Of a stretch of DNA of 64,000 nt, positions 40,754-49,558 are shown one piece after another. A model generated the notes under the pieces. The model saw nothing but the letters and a program-made list of their open reading frames with translations. It was not told the DNA's origin and did no database searches. The position numbers were made by a program, and so were the translations under genes. The stretch comes from OCS116 cluster bacterium AG-435-F03 (GTDB lineage Bacteria; Pseudomonadota; Alphaproteobacteria; MED-G09): positions 27,321-91,320 of the forward strand of contig QCOV01000001.1 in the NCBI GenBank assembly GCA_003212795.1, written 5' to 3'. Each line of letters starts with the position of its first letter. Within the stretch, counting starts at the first letter, position 1.

Positions 40754-41899
40754 TTAGTTAGTGATAATTGTGCATGCTGAAATACCAGGAGCGCCATAAA
40801 CATGAGTATATGCAGTTTTTGGATTATTGGGCACCTGTCTTTTACCTGCTGCACCTCTTAGTTGGACACAGTTCTCATATACTTGCCTTAAGCCTGAAGC
40901 TCCAACTGGCTCACCATTAGCTATACAACCGCCATCTGTATTTACTGGAAGCTTTCCATCAATGTTTGTATCACCATCTTGAAGCATTTTCTCTTGATCG
41001 CCATCTTTACAAAAACCATTTTCAGCCATATGCATGATCTCAGCTCCTGACTCAGTATCTTGAAGCTGCGCTAGATCAATATCTTCATGACCTATACCTG
41101 CCATCTCAAAAGTTGCTTTTGCTGCTCCAACAGTTGGGCTAGGCCCTCTTTCAATTTCTAGAGAGGGGCTAAAAACTTCAAAAGACCCAAGGGGTCTTGA
41201 TCTAAATGCTGCACCTTTTAGATATAATGGTTTAGAAGTGAATTTGCTCGCAATATCAGCTCTGCATAATATTAAGGCAACGGCGCCTTCGGCAGGTGAG
41301 CAAAACATAAATTTCGTTAGAGGATCAGAAACCATCATACCATTCAATATATCTTCCTTTGAAACAGGATCTCTTCTCCATGCATTAGGATTTAATGAAC
41401 CATTGTTGAATGCTTTTTCTGCAACTAAAGCTAATGCATCAGAGGTAATTCCATAATCATGCATATATCTTTGTATTTTCATTCCAAAAAATTGTGTAGT
41501 AAGCATAAGTCCTGTTTCGCCATACCATTTTTGAAGTCCAGCGGCTTCTGGATCTGCATTAAATGCACCTCGAGGGTGTTTATCAAAACCTACTGCCATT
41601 CCAATATCAAATTGACCAGATTTAATTGTTGTGTAGGCGGATAATAATGCTGAGCCACCAGTTGCGCAGCCATTTGACACATTCATAAATGGGACTCCAG
41701 TTAGCCCAAGTTCACTTACCATTGTATCGGCACTTCCAGCAGCAGATGAACCGCCATAAGCAAATTCTATATCTTTCCATTCTATTTCTGCATCTGATAA
41801 TGCCTCTTTAGCTGCATGAACACCCTGTTGAAGGCCTGATACGCCATCAGTTCTTCCAAATGGATGAATTCCAATTCCAACTATTGCTACATCTGTCAT
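40754..41899 (-). CDS. thiolase-fold protein, SCP-x / lipid-transfer-protein type
   Basis: 381 aa thiolase-like. 'VAIVGIGIHPFGR' lacks the classical thiolase I/II signatures. Paired with a DUF35 OB-fold gene. Confidence 0.8.
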   Translation of the reverse strand: MTDVAIVGIGIHPFGRTDGVSGLQQGVHAAKEALSDAEIEWKDIEFAYGGSSAAGSADTMVSELGLTGVPFMNVSNGCATGGSALLSAYTTIKSGQFDIGMAVGFDKHPRGAFNADPEAAGLQKWYGETGLMLTTQFFGMKIQRYMHDYGITSDALALVAEKAFNNGSLNPNAWRRDPVSKEDILNGMMVSDPLTKFMFCSPAEGAVALILCRADIASKFTSKPLYLKGAAFRSRPLGSFEVFSPSLEIERGPSPTVGAAKATFEMAGIGHEDIDLAQLQDTESGAEIMHMAENGFCKDGDQEKMLQDGDTNIDGKLPVNTDGGCIANGEPVGASGLRQVYENCVQLRGAAGKRQVPNNPKTAYTHVYGAPGISACTIITN

Positions 41900-41912
41900 A
41901 ATATATCTCCTA

Positions 41913-42335
41913 TCAGTTTACAGAAGGTTTAAAAGCAAAAATTAATAATTCTTCGCCTTCTTCATTTTTAACGAATGGTTCTATTGTAAGTTCCATTTCC
42001 ATACCAATTTCCAATTCCTTGGGATCAATTCCTACTAATCTTGATTCTACCATAATTTCGCCTGGTAGTTCAATATATCCAACAGCATAAGGTTTAAAGT
42101 CCTCAGGTGCAACTTGTTCTATATATGGTGTTTTTGGAAGAAACCTTTGTACTGTCCAAGTCCATAACTTTCCTTTGTTTGATAATTCTACTTTTTCATG
42201 ATGATTTGAATTTTTAGCAGGAAAGAAATATCTTCCTGTTTCAGTATCTTTGCTACCAATTAACTTCGGCGAGTCTGAGGGCCAAGTGAATAAATTATCT
42301 GCTATGGGTTTTTGTGTAGACATATCTCTCTCCAA
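41913..42335 (-). CDS. DUF35-type OB-fold / zinc-ribbon protein (partner of SCP-x-type thiolases)
   Basis: 140 aa lying immediately upstream of the thiolase on the same strand. 'GRYFFPAKN...GKLWTWTV' resembles the DUF35 OB-fold. Confidence 0.7.
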   Translation of the reverse strand: MERDMSTQKPIADNLFTWPSDSPKLIGSKDTETGRYFFPAKNSNHHEKVELSNKGKLWTWTVQRFLPKTPYIEQVAPEDFKPYAVGYIELPGEIMVESRLVGIDPKELEIGMEMELTIEPFVKNEEGEELLIFAFKPSVN

Positions 42336-42337
42336 AT

Positions 42338-43915
42338 TTAATTTATTGCTCTTTCAAAACCTTCCCAATAAGGTTTTCTTAATTCTTTCTTTAATATTTT
42401 ACCAGATGGATTTCTTGGCAATTCATTAATAAAATCTACTGATTTTGGTGTCTTAAAGCCAGCAATTTTTTGTCTGGTAAAATTAATTATATCTTCCTCA
42501 GATGTTTCGCAGTTTTCTTTTAAAACTACCAAAGCTTTAACAGCTTCTCCCCAATGTTCGTCAGGAACACCTATAACCGCAACATCTGAAACCATTTCAT
42601 GTCCAAATATAGCGCTTTCAACCTCTGCGGGATAGACATTTTCACCACCTGATACAATCATATCCTTTACTCTGTCATGGACAAAAACATAGCCATCCTC
42701 ATCCATGAAACCTGCATCACCAGTATAAAGCCATCCAGATTTAAGAGTTTTTTTTGTTTCTTCTGGTAAATTCCAGTAACCAATCATATTGGAAGTTGTT
42801 CGAACAATTATTTCACCCACATCTTTTGTATTAACTTCTTTACCTTTTTCATCAACAATTTTTATTTCACAATGTGGTAATGCTTTTCCTGCTGATTTCA
42901 TTCTTTCATTACCTTCAATTGAATGATCTTCAGGTGGAAGATATGTTACAGATCCAGTTGTTTCCGTCATACCATATAACTGAATAAATCCACATTGGAA
43001 AACCTCAATGGCCTCTTTTAATAAGTCTAATGGAATAGGAGATGCTCCATAAGATATATATTTAATTGTTGAGTAGTTTGTTTCTCTTGATAATGGATTA
43101 TCAAGTATCATTTTCATCATTGCAGGAACCATAAAAATTTTAGTAATACCATAGTCATTAATGGCATTTAAAACTGCTGTTGGATCAAACTCTTTCAAAA
43201 CGACATTTGTTGCTGATGCATATAAACCCCCAATTCCTGATCCAGCTCCACCAATATGGAATGTTGGTGCAGTAACTAACTGAACCTCATCTTCAGTCCA
43301 TTCACTCCATTCTAAACCTTCTTGTGGTTCTGGATTCCTCGATGAATAAAAATTATCATGTGTTAATTGAACGCCTTTTGGATTACCTGTCGTACCAGAG
43401 GTATACATTTGAATAGCAACATCTTTTAATTGAGGCTTTCTGTCGCATATTGAGTCGCTTTGTTTATCTCTCCACTCTTCATATGTTGGCCAATTTTTAT
43501 TTGTGCCTGACATACAAATAACTTTTTCTATACTAGGAACATCTTGCAGAATTTTTTCTACCAAACCAAAAAAATCTTCACCTACAAATAAAATTTTAGC
43601 ACTTGAATCATTAAGAATATAAGCAACTTCTGGGGGTGCTAACCGCCAATTTATGCCAACTATTACTGAATTTGATTTTGCACAACCCATAACAAGCTCA
43701 TAAAATCTGTCAGAATTTTTATCCATGTATGCAACTCGATCTTGCTCAGCAACATTTTCTGAAACAAGACCATTAGCTACTTTCTCTGAGTTAGTATCAA
43801 ACTCTTTGTATGTCACTACCCTATCTTCAAAAACAAAAGCTTTTTTTTCTGGACATCTATCTCCATGAACTCTTGCTATGTCAGATAAATGGACAATTTC
43901 TGAAAAATATGTCAA
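42338..43915 (-). CDS. acyl-CoA synthetase (AMP-dependent synthetase/ligase)
   Basis: 'MYTSGTTGNPKGVQLTH' AMP-binding motif. 525 aa. Confidence 0.9.
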   Translation of the reverse strand: MTYFSEIVHLSDIARVHGDRCPEKKAFVFEDRVVTYKEFDTNSEKVANGLVSENVAEQDRVAYMDKNSDRFYELVMGCAKSNSVIVGINWRLAPPEVAYILNDSSAKILFVGEDFFGLVEKILQDVPSIEKVICMSGTNKNWPTYEEWRDKQSDSICDRKPQLKDVAIQMYTSGTTGNPKGVQLTHDNFYSSRNPEPQEGLEWSEWTEDEVQLVTAPTFHIGGAGSGIGGLYASATNVVLKEFDPTAVLNAINDYGITKIFMVPAMMKMILDNPLSRETNYSTIKYISYGASPIPLDLLKEAIEVFQCGFIQLYGMTETTGSVTYLPPEDHSIEGNERMKSAGKALPHCEIKIVDEKGKEVNTKDVGEIIVRTTSNMIGYWNLPEETKKTLKSGWLYTGDAGFMDEDGYVFVHDRVKDMIVSGGENVYPAEVESAIFGHEMVSDVAVIGVPDEHWGEAVKALVVLKENCETSEEDIINFTRQKIAGFKTPKSVDFINELPRNPSGKILKKELRKPYWEGFERAIN

Positions 43916-44025
43916 TCATTCCTCCCAGTAAATATTTATGCCTATTACAAAATACTATGACAAACTAATCAAGTATGTTTTATAATAAATATGTATTTTT
44001 TTGATTTAGTTATTTGGAGAAAAAA

Positions 44026-45228
44026 ATGGATTTGAGTTTTAAGCCTGAACATGAAGCTTTTAGACAGGAGGTCAGAGACTTTCTTGATGAGGAGTTAACT
44101 GATGAACTGAGAGAAGCTGGTAAACTTACAGCAAGTGTATTTAGTGAGGTAGAATATTCATCAAAATGGCATAAAATTTTATATAATAAAGGTTGGATAG
44201 GTTCTCGTTGGCCAGAAGAATATGGCGGCACAGGATGGGACGATATGCAAAGATATATATTTAGCAGTGAATGTGCCTCAGCAGGAGCGCCATCACCAAC
44301 TGCTATGGGTTTACATATGGTTGGTCCAGTCTTAATGAAATACGGAACACAAAAACAAAAAGACTTTTACTTACCAAGGATTTTATCTGGTGATGATTTT
44401 TGGTGCCAAGGTTATTCTGAGCCAGGATCAGGTTCTGATTTGGCATCGCTTCAATGCAAGGCCGTAAGAGAGGGTGACCATTATGTCGTTAATGGCACTA
44501 AAATTTGGACAACACATGCACAATACGCAAATAGAATTTTTTGTCTCGTTAGAACTGATAATACTGGCAAACCTCAACAAGGTATAACTTTCTTGTTAAT
44601 TGATATGGATACACCAGGAATTGAAATTAAACCAATTATTACAATGGCTGGAGATCACGAAGTAAATCAAACATTTTTTGATGATGTTAAAGTCCCTGTT
44701 GAAAATGTTGTCGGAGAAGAGAATGATGGTTGGACTGTTGCTAAATATTTATTGGAGTTTGAAAGAGGTGGTGCCTATGCAGCTGGTTTAAAAGCTCAAA
44801 TAAATAAAATAAGAAAGATTGCTACTATTGAAAAATCTGATACCGGCGAAAGTTTAATTGATGATAAAAATTTCTTAAAGTCTTTAAATGAAGCTGAAAT
44901 AGAAGTTCAAGCAGTTTTAATGACCGAACATAGAATTATGTCAGATATTGCAGAAAGAGGTCATCCGGGTCCTGCTTCATCTATATTAAAATCTAGAGGA
45001 TCAGAGCTTAAGCAGCATTTAGATGGTTTAACTGTATCTGCATTAGGTTATTATACAAGTCCTCAACAAAATGAAGCTAGAATTCCGGGTTCAAATTTTG
45101 ATGTTATTGGACCAGATTATTCTATTACAGCTTTTCCAGCTTATTTAAATAATAGAGCTTCTACCATTTACGGTGGATCTAATGAAATCCAAAGAAATAT
45201 AATGGCTAAATTTGTTTTAGGCCTCTAG
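44026..45228 (+). CDS. acyl-CoA dehydrogenase
   Basis: ACAD fold ('WCQGYSEPGSGSDLASL'). C-terminal 'IYGGSNEIQRNIMAKF' has Gly in place of the usual catalytic Glu, like IVD/LCAD-type enzymes. ATG at 44026 with GGAG upstream is preferred over the TTG at 44014. Confidence 0.85.
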   Translation: MDLSFKPEHEAFRQEVRDFLDEELTDELREAGKLTASVFSEVEYSSKWHKILYNKGWIGSRWPEEYGGTGWDDMQRYIFSSECASAGAPSPTAMGLHMVGPVLMKYGTQKQKDFYLPRILSGDDFWCQGYSEPGSGSDLASLQCKAVREGDHYVVNGTKIWTTHAQYANRIFCLVRTDNTGKPQQGITFLLIDMDTPGIEIKPIITMAGDHEVNQTFFDDVKVPVENVVGEENDGWTVAKYLLEFERGGAYAAGLKAQINKIRKIATIEKSDTGESLIDDKNFLKSLNEAEIEVQAVLMTEHRIMSDIAERGHPGPASSILKSRGSELKQHLDGLTVSALGYYTSPQQNEARIPGSNFDVIGPDYSITAFPAYLNNRASTIYGGSNEIQRNIMAKFVLGL

Positions 45229-45235
45229 TTCTCAT

Positions 45236-46600
45236 ATGGAATTTGATGAATTAAATGGCTTTTTAGGAGATAGACTTACAACTTCGAAAGCTATTCGTTT
45301 AGAGCATAGTCAAGATGAGTCATGGCATTTACCAAAAAACATACCTGATGCAATTACCTACCCTGAAACCTCAGAGGAGGTTTCCAAAATAATAAAATTT
45401 GCTTCTAAAAATAACATACCAGTTATTCCATTTGGAACTGGTACCGCTTTAGAGGGTCATATACATGCCTTAAAAGGTGGTATCACTATTAACTCAAGTA
45501 AAATGAATAAGATTATTGAATTAAATAATTCAGATATGGATTGTAGAGTTCAAGCTGGCGTTACAAGAAAAGAATTAAATGATTACATAAGAGATACAGG
45601 ATTATTTTTCCCTGTTGACCCAGGAGCTAACGCATCAATTGGTGGTATGTGTGCTACACGAGCGTCGGGAACAACGACTGTTAAGTATGGCACTATAAGA
45701 GAACAAGTAATGGGTCTTGAGGTGGTGATGCCTGATGGTAAAATAATTAAAACAGGAACCAGGGCAAGAAAATCTGCAGCTGGATACGATTTAAGTCATT
45801 TAATGCTTGGTTCAGAGGGAACATTAGGCTTTATAACAGAAATAAATTTAAAACTTCATGGTAGACCTGAAGCAATTTCTGCTGGTGTTTGTACATTTAA
45901 AGATTTGAAAGGTGCAATCGACACAGTAATTGAGTCAATTCAAGTAGGTTTGCCGTTATCTAGGATAGAGTTATTGGATGAAGTTCAGATTAAAGCTATT
46001 AATAAATACAAAAAGGTATCCCATGAAATTGGCCCAACATTATTTGTTGAAATTCAGGGAATGCCTTTAAGTGTGAAAGAGCAGTCTGAAATATTTAGAG
46101 ATATTGCGGAGGCAAATAATATTCTAAAATTTCAATGGTCAGATAGAAGTGAAGAAATTGAAGTTTTGTGGAGTGCTAGGCATGATGCATATTATGCGGC
46201 TTTAGCTTTAGCGCCTGGTAAAAAGGCATTTACAACTGATATCTGTGTTCCAATTTCAAATTTAACTGATTGCATTATTGAAACAAAAAAAGATATAGAG
46301 CAGTCAAATATTATAGCTCCAATTGTAGGTCATGTTGGGGATGGTAATTTTCATCTAATTATGCTTTTAGATCCAGAAAATAAAAAAGAAGTTTCTGAGG
46401 CAAAACAGTTAAATGATAAGTTAGTTAATAGGGCTTTAAAAATGGAAGGTACCTCAACTGGTGAACATGGAATAGGGATAGGCAAAAAAGAATTTTTAAA
46501 AACTGAACAAGGCTTATCTGTTGAGATTATGTCTCAAATAAAAAAAGCTATTGATCCAAAGAATATTATGAATCCAGGTAAAATTTTTGATATTAATTAA
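45236..46600 (+). CDS. FAD-linked oxidase (D-lactate dehydrogenase / GlcD-like)
   Basis: FAD-binding PCMH domain ('NNIPVIPFGTGTALEGH') plus a C-terminal FAD-oxidase domain. 454 aa. Confidence 0.85.
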   Translation: MEFDELNGFLGDRLTTSKAIRLEHSQDESWHLPKNIPDAITYPETSEEVSKIIKFASKNNIPVIPFGTGTALEGHIHALKGGITINSSKMNKIIELNNSDMDCRVQAGVTRKELNDYIRDTGLFFPVDPGANASIGGMCATRASGTTTVKYGTIREQVMGLEVVMPDGKIIKTGTRARKSAAGYDLSHLMLGSEGTLGFITEINLKLHGRPEAISAGVCTFKDLKGAIDTVIESIQVGLPLSRIELLDEVQIKAINKYKKVSHEIGPTLFVEIQGMPLSVKEQSEIFRDIAEANNILKFQWSDRSEEIEVLWSARHDAYYAALALAPGKKAFTTDICVPISNLTDCIIETKKDIEQSNIIAPIVGHVGDGNFHLIMLLDPENKKEVSEAKQLNDKLVNRALKMEGTSTGEHGIGIGKKEFLKTEQGLSVEIMSQIKKAIDPKNIMNPGKIFDIN

Positions 46601-46677
46601 CACCCCTTATACATTGTGTTGAAGTTACACACTCTAAAATAAAAAAAAACACCAAAATTTAAGTCTAAGCCTAAAGT

Positions 46678-46693
46678 TGGCATCTAATTTGCT
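46678..46693 (+). promoter_or_regulatory. sigma-54 (-24/-12) promoter TGGCAT-N5-TTGCT upstream of the OM-protein/amt operon
   Basis: The sequence 'TGGCATCTAATTTGCT' matches the TGGCAC-N5-TTGCW consensus with exact spacing. It lies about 35 nt upstream of the AGGAGG RBS. Confidence 0.65.
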
Positions 46694-46727
46694 TATTACT
46701 CGTATCATAAATTAGGAGGTTAACATT

Positions 46728-47381
46728 ATGATTATTTTTAAAAAGTTTAACAAGTATGTTAAAAAAGGTTTCTTTGCTGTTTTTCTTGGTTTTGCAACAG
46801 TAGGCACTACTTTTGCTGGATCTCTTGATTGGAATGTTGGTGTAACAAGCCAATATCTATGGAGAGGCATGTCACAAGGTAGTGGTGCTGCAACATCAGG
46901 TGGATTAGATTACACAGCTGACAACGGTTTTTCAATTGGTACATGGGTCTCAAATGTTGATTTTGGAGATGGCACATCTTATGAATTAGATGGTTACTTC
47001 GGTTATAGTTTTGGTCCTGTTAGCGTTGGATACATTTACTATGCATATCCGGATGGTGATGACCTTGATTTTAGTGAAGTTAGTATAAGTGCTGAACTCG
47101 GTGCTGTAACATTAGGTGTTGCTGTATTAGCAGATGCTGATTGGGAAGGAACAAGTTTTGGAGATGATCCATACTTCTTCCTAGATACTGGTTTTTCACT
47201 TACTGAAGGTTTAGATCTTGGACTTCATATTGGACATTACGATTATGAAATGGGTGATGCAGAAACAGATTATGGCATTTCGTTAGCTATAGGTGATTTT
47301 AGTTTCGGTATTATCGACTCTAGTAGAGACGATAGTGACCCTTACTTCATAGTCTCATATGGTTTTTCAGGTAGTCTTTAA
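46728..47381 (+). CDS. secreted Gly/Asp/Tyr-rich putative outer-membrane beta-barrel protein, co-transcribed with amt
   Basis: Signal peptide 'KKGFFAVFLGFATVGTTFAGS'. Alternating-hydrophobic beta-strand pattern and a C-terminal aromatic 'YGFSGSL'. AGGAGG RBS. Confidence 0.7.
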   Translation: MIIFKKFNKYVKKGFFAVFLGFATVGTTFAGSLDWNVGVTSQYLWRGMSQGSGAATSGGLDYTADNGFSIGTWVSNVDFGDGTSYELDGYFGYSFGPVSVGYIYYAYPDGDDLDFSEVSISAELGAVTLGVAVLADADWEGTSFGDDPYFFLDTGFSLTEGLDLGLHIGHYDYEMGDAETDYGISLAIGDFSFGIIDSSRDDSDPYFIVSYGFSGSL

Positions 47382-47411
47382 TTAGATTAACCATTTTAGA
47401 GGGTAATTATT

Positions 47412-48701
47412 ATGAAATTAATAAAAAAAATATGTCTTCTTGGCCTAATGCTGTTTACTGTCAGTGGTACAGCATTTGCCGAGGTTTCAGAAGAATCTGC
47501 GTATATTTTTAACACATTTTCTTTTCTTGTTCATGGCTTTCTCGTTATGCTTATGGCTCTTGGCTTTACTTGCCTTGAGGCTGGTTTAGTAAGAACTAAA
47601 AATACAGCTACTATATGTTTAAAAAATGTTGGATTATATAGTCTAGCTGGGATTATGTTCTACTTAGTCGGTTACGGCTTTATGTATAATGAAGTTAATG
47701 GATTTATAGGGCAACCAACATTATGGAATCCTGAGGCTGAAGTAAGTTCTGCCGACGGTTATTCTAAGATGTCAGACTGGTTCTTTCAGATGGTCTTCTG
47801 CGCTACTACAATGTCTATCATAAGTGGTACTGTAGCTGAACGTATTAAACTGCTTCCATTCTTTATCTTTGCGATTGTGCTTACTGGATTTATTTATCCA
47901 ATTCAAGCTTCATGGGTATGGGGTGGTGGATTCCTTTCAGAAATGGGATTCTCAGATTTTGCTGGCTCTACTCTTGTTCATTCTGTAGGTGGCTGGGCTG
48001 CATTAACTGGAGCAATAATCATCGGACCTAGACTAGGTAAGTATGCATCTAATGGTTCTGTTATAGCTATTCCTGGCTCAAATTTACCTTTAGCTACTAT
48101 CGGTACATTCATACTTTGGTTTGGATGGTTTGGCTTTAATGGTGGATCACAACTTGCACTTGGTAGTGCTGCTGATGCTGCTGCAATGGCTAATGTATAT
48201 GTGAATACAAATATGGCAGCTGCTGGTGGTTTAGTTGCTGCTATGATCTTAGCATCAATTTTATATGGTAAAGTTGACTTAAGTTTAGCATTAAATGGTG
48301 CTCTTGCTGGTCTAGTAAGTATTACAGCAGGTCCAGATGTAGCAACACCTCTTCAAGCCATTATTATTGGCGCTGTAGGCGGTGTATTATGTACTCTAGC
48401 AATTCCTCTATTAGATAAGCTGAAAATAGATGATGTTGTTGGTGCAATTTCTGTTCACTTAGTTGCCGGAATATGGGGAACATTAGTGGTCGGAATACCT
48501 GGATTAGGTACATTAGCTGCTGACTTTGTTACACAACTTATCGGTGTAGTTACTATAGGTGTGTTCGTTGTTGTAGCTAGCTCTATTGTTTGGTTGATCT
48601 TGAAAGGCGTTGTTGGCCTAAGACCAACTGAAGAAGAAGAAATGTCTGGATTAGATGTCTCAGAATTAGGTATGGAGGCATATCCAGAATTTAGAAATTA
48701 G
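47412..48701 (+). CDS. amt: ammonium transporter (Amt family) with cleavable signal peptide
   Basis: 'FLVMLMALGFTCLEAGLVRTKN' and 'GWAALTGAIIIGPRLGKY' Amt signatures. 429 aa. Confidence 0.92.
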   Translation: MKLIKKICLLGLMLFTVSGTAFAEVSEESAYIFNTFSFLVHGFLVMLMALGFTCLEAGLVRTKNTATICLKNVGLYSLAGIMFYLVGYGFMYNEVNGFIGQPTLWNPEAEVSSADGYSKMSDWFFQMVFCATTMSIISGTVAERIKLLPFFIFAIVLTGFIYPIQASWVWGGGFLSEMGFSDFAGSTLVHSVGGWAALTGAIIIGPRLGKYASNGSVIAIPGSNLPLATIGTFILWFGWFGFNGGSQLALGSAADAAAMANVYVNTNMAAAGGLVAAMILASILYGKVDLSLALNGALAGLVSITAGPDVATPLQAIIIGAVGGVLCTLAIPLLDKLKIDDVVGAISVHLVAGIWGTLVVGIPGLGTLAADFVTQLIGVVTIGVFVVVASSIVWLILKGVVGLRPTEEEEMSGLDVSELGMEAYPEFRN

Positions 48702-48739
48702 TCATTCTGTTCTCCTCCCCACATTGCATATGACTAATT

Positions 48740-48779
48740 ACCACCGCGCTTTTTTAAAGCGCGGTGGTTTCGTTTTCAA
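48740..48779 (+). terminator. rho-independent terminator (possibly bidirectional) between amt and the convergent SDR gene
   Basis: Perfect 13-bp palindrome ACCACCGCGCTTT / AAAGCGCGGTGGT followed by TTCGTTTTC. Confidence 0.85.
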
Positions 48780-48781
48780 AC

Positions 48782-49558
48782 CTATAAATCTCTTACCAAA
48801 TGACCGCCATCAACCACTAATATTGATCCTGTCATATATGAACCAGCATCACTTGCAAGAAGAAGTATAGGACCCTCCAGCTCCTTAATATTTCCTGGCC
48901 TTCTTAGAGGAACTCTCTTGATCATAGGAGCACTCATTTCAGAGTCTAAAAATTCGCTATTTAAATCAGTTCTAAAATAACCTGGCGCTATAGCATTAAC
49001 GCGAACATTATATTTTGCCCATTCAAGTGCCATTTGGCGCGTCATGTGGGTGAGAGCAGCTTTTGATATTGCATAAATACCATTTCCTTTTTGAGCTGCT
49101 TCACCAGTAATTGAAGATACATTTAAAATGACTCCATCTTTTTGATCTTTTTCTAATCTTGATTTAAGCCACAATTTTGATAGAGCCCATGGACCACGAA
49201 GATTTGTATTTATAACATTATTCCAGTCATCTTCTTCATTATTATCTAAGGTTCCTACTACAGTCATTCCTGCATTATTCACTAGTATATCAACTGAAGG
49301 GAATGTTTTATTTATCTCAACAAGACAATCGGAAATTGAGTTTTCTTCAGTTACATCTAAAGAGAAAATTTCAACATTTTGACTTTTATCATTTAACATT
49401 GATTGGGTTTCTTCGAGTTTTTCTTTTCTCCTTGCGGCAAGTGCAAGGTTAGCACCAGCATTATATAAAGTTTTGGAAATTTCTTGACCAATACCACTTC
49501 CAGCTCCAGTAACTAATACTGTTTTTCCTTCAAGGTTAAATAATTTATTTGTTGTCAT
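48782..49558 (-). CDS. short-chain dehydrogenase/reductase (SDR)
   Basis: 'VLVTGAGSGIGQEI' and the catalytic 'YAISKAAL' YxxxK. Confidence 0.88.
   Translation of the reverse strand: MTTNKLFNLEGKTVLVTGAGSGIGQEISKTLYNAGANLALAARRKEKLEETQSMLNDKSQNVEIFSLDVTEENSISDCLVEINKTFPSVDILVNNAGMTVVGTLDNNEEDDWNNVINTNLRGPWALSKLWLKSRLEKDQKDGVILNVSSITGEAAQKGNGIYAISKAALTHMTRQMALEWAKYNVRVNAIAPGYFRTDLNSEFLDSEMSAPMIKRVPLRRPGNIKELEGPILLLASDAGSYMTGSILVVDGGHLVRDL

Noticed and set aside
44014-44025. Upstream TTG start for the ACAD gene (ORF-track start 44014)
   Set aside because: The TTG would sit inside the GGAG Shine-Dalgarno itself. The ATG at 44026 has correct RBS spacing, so I took 44026.
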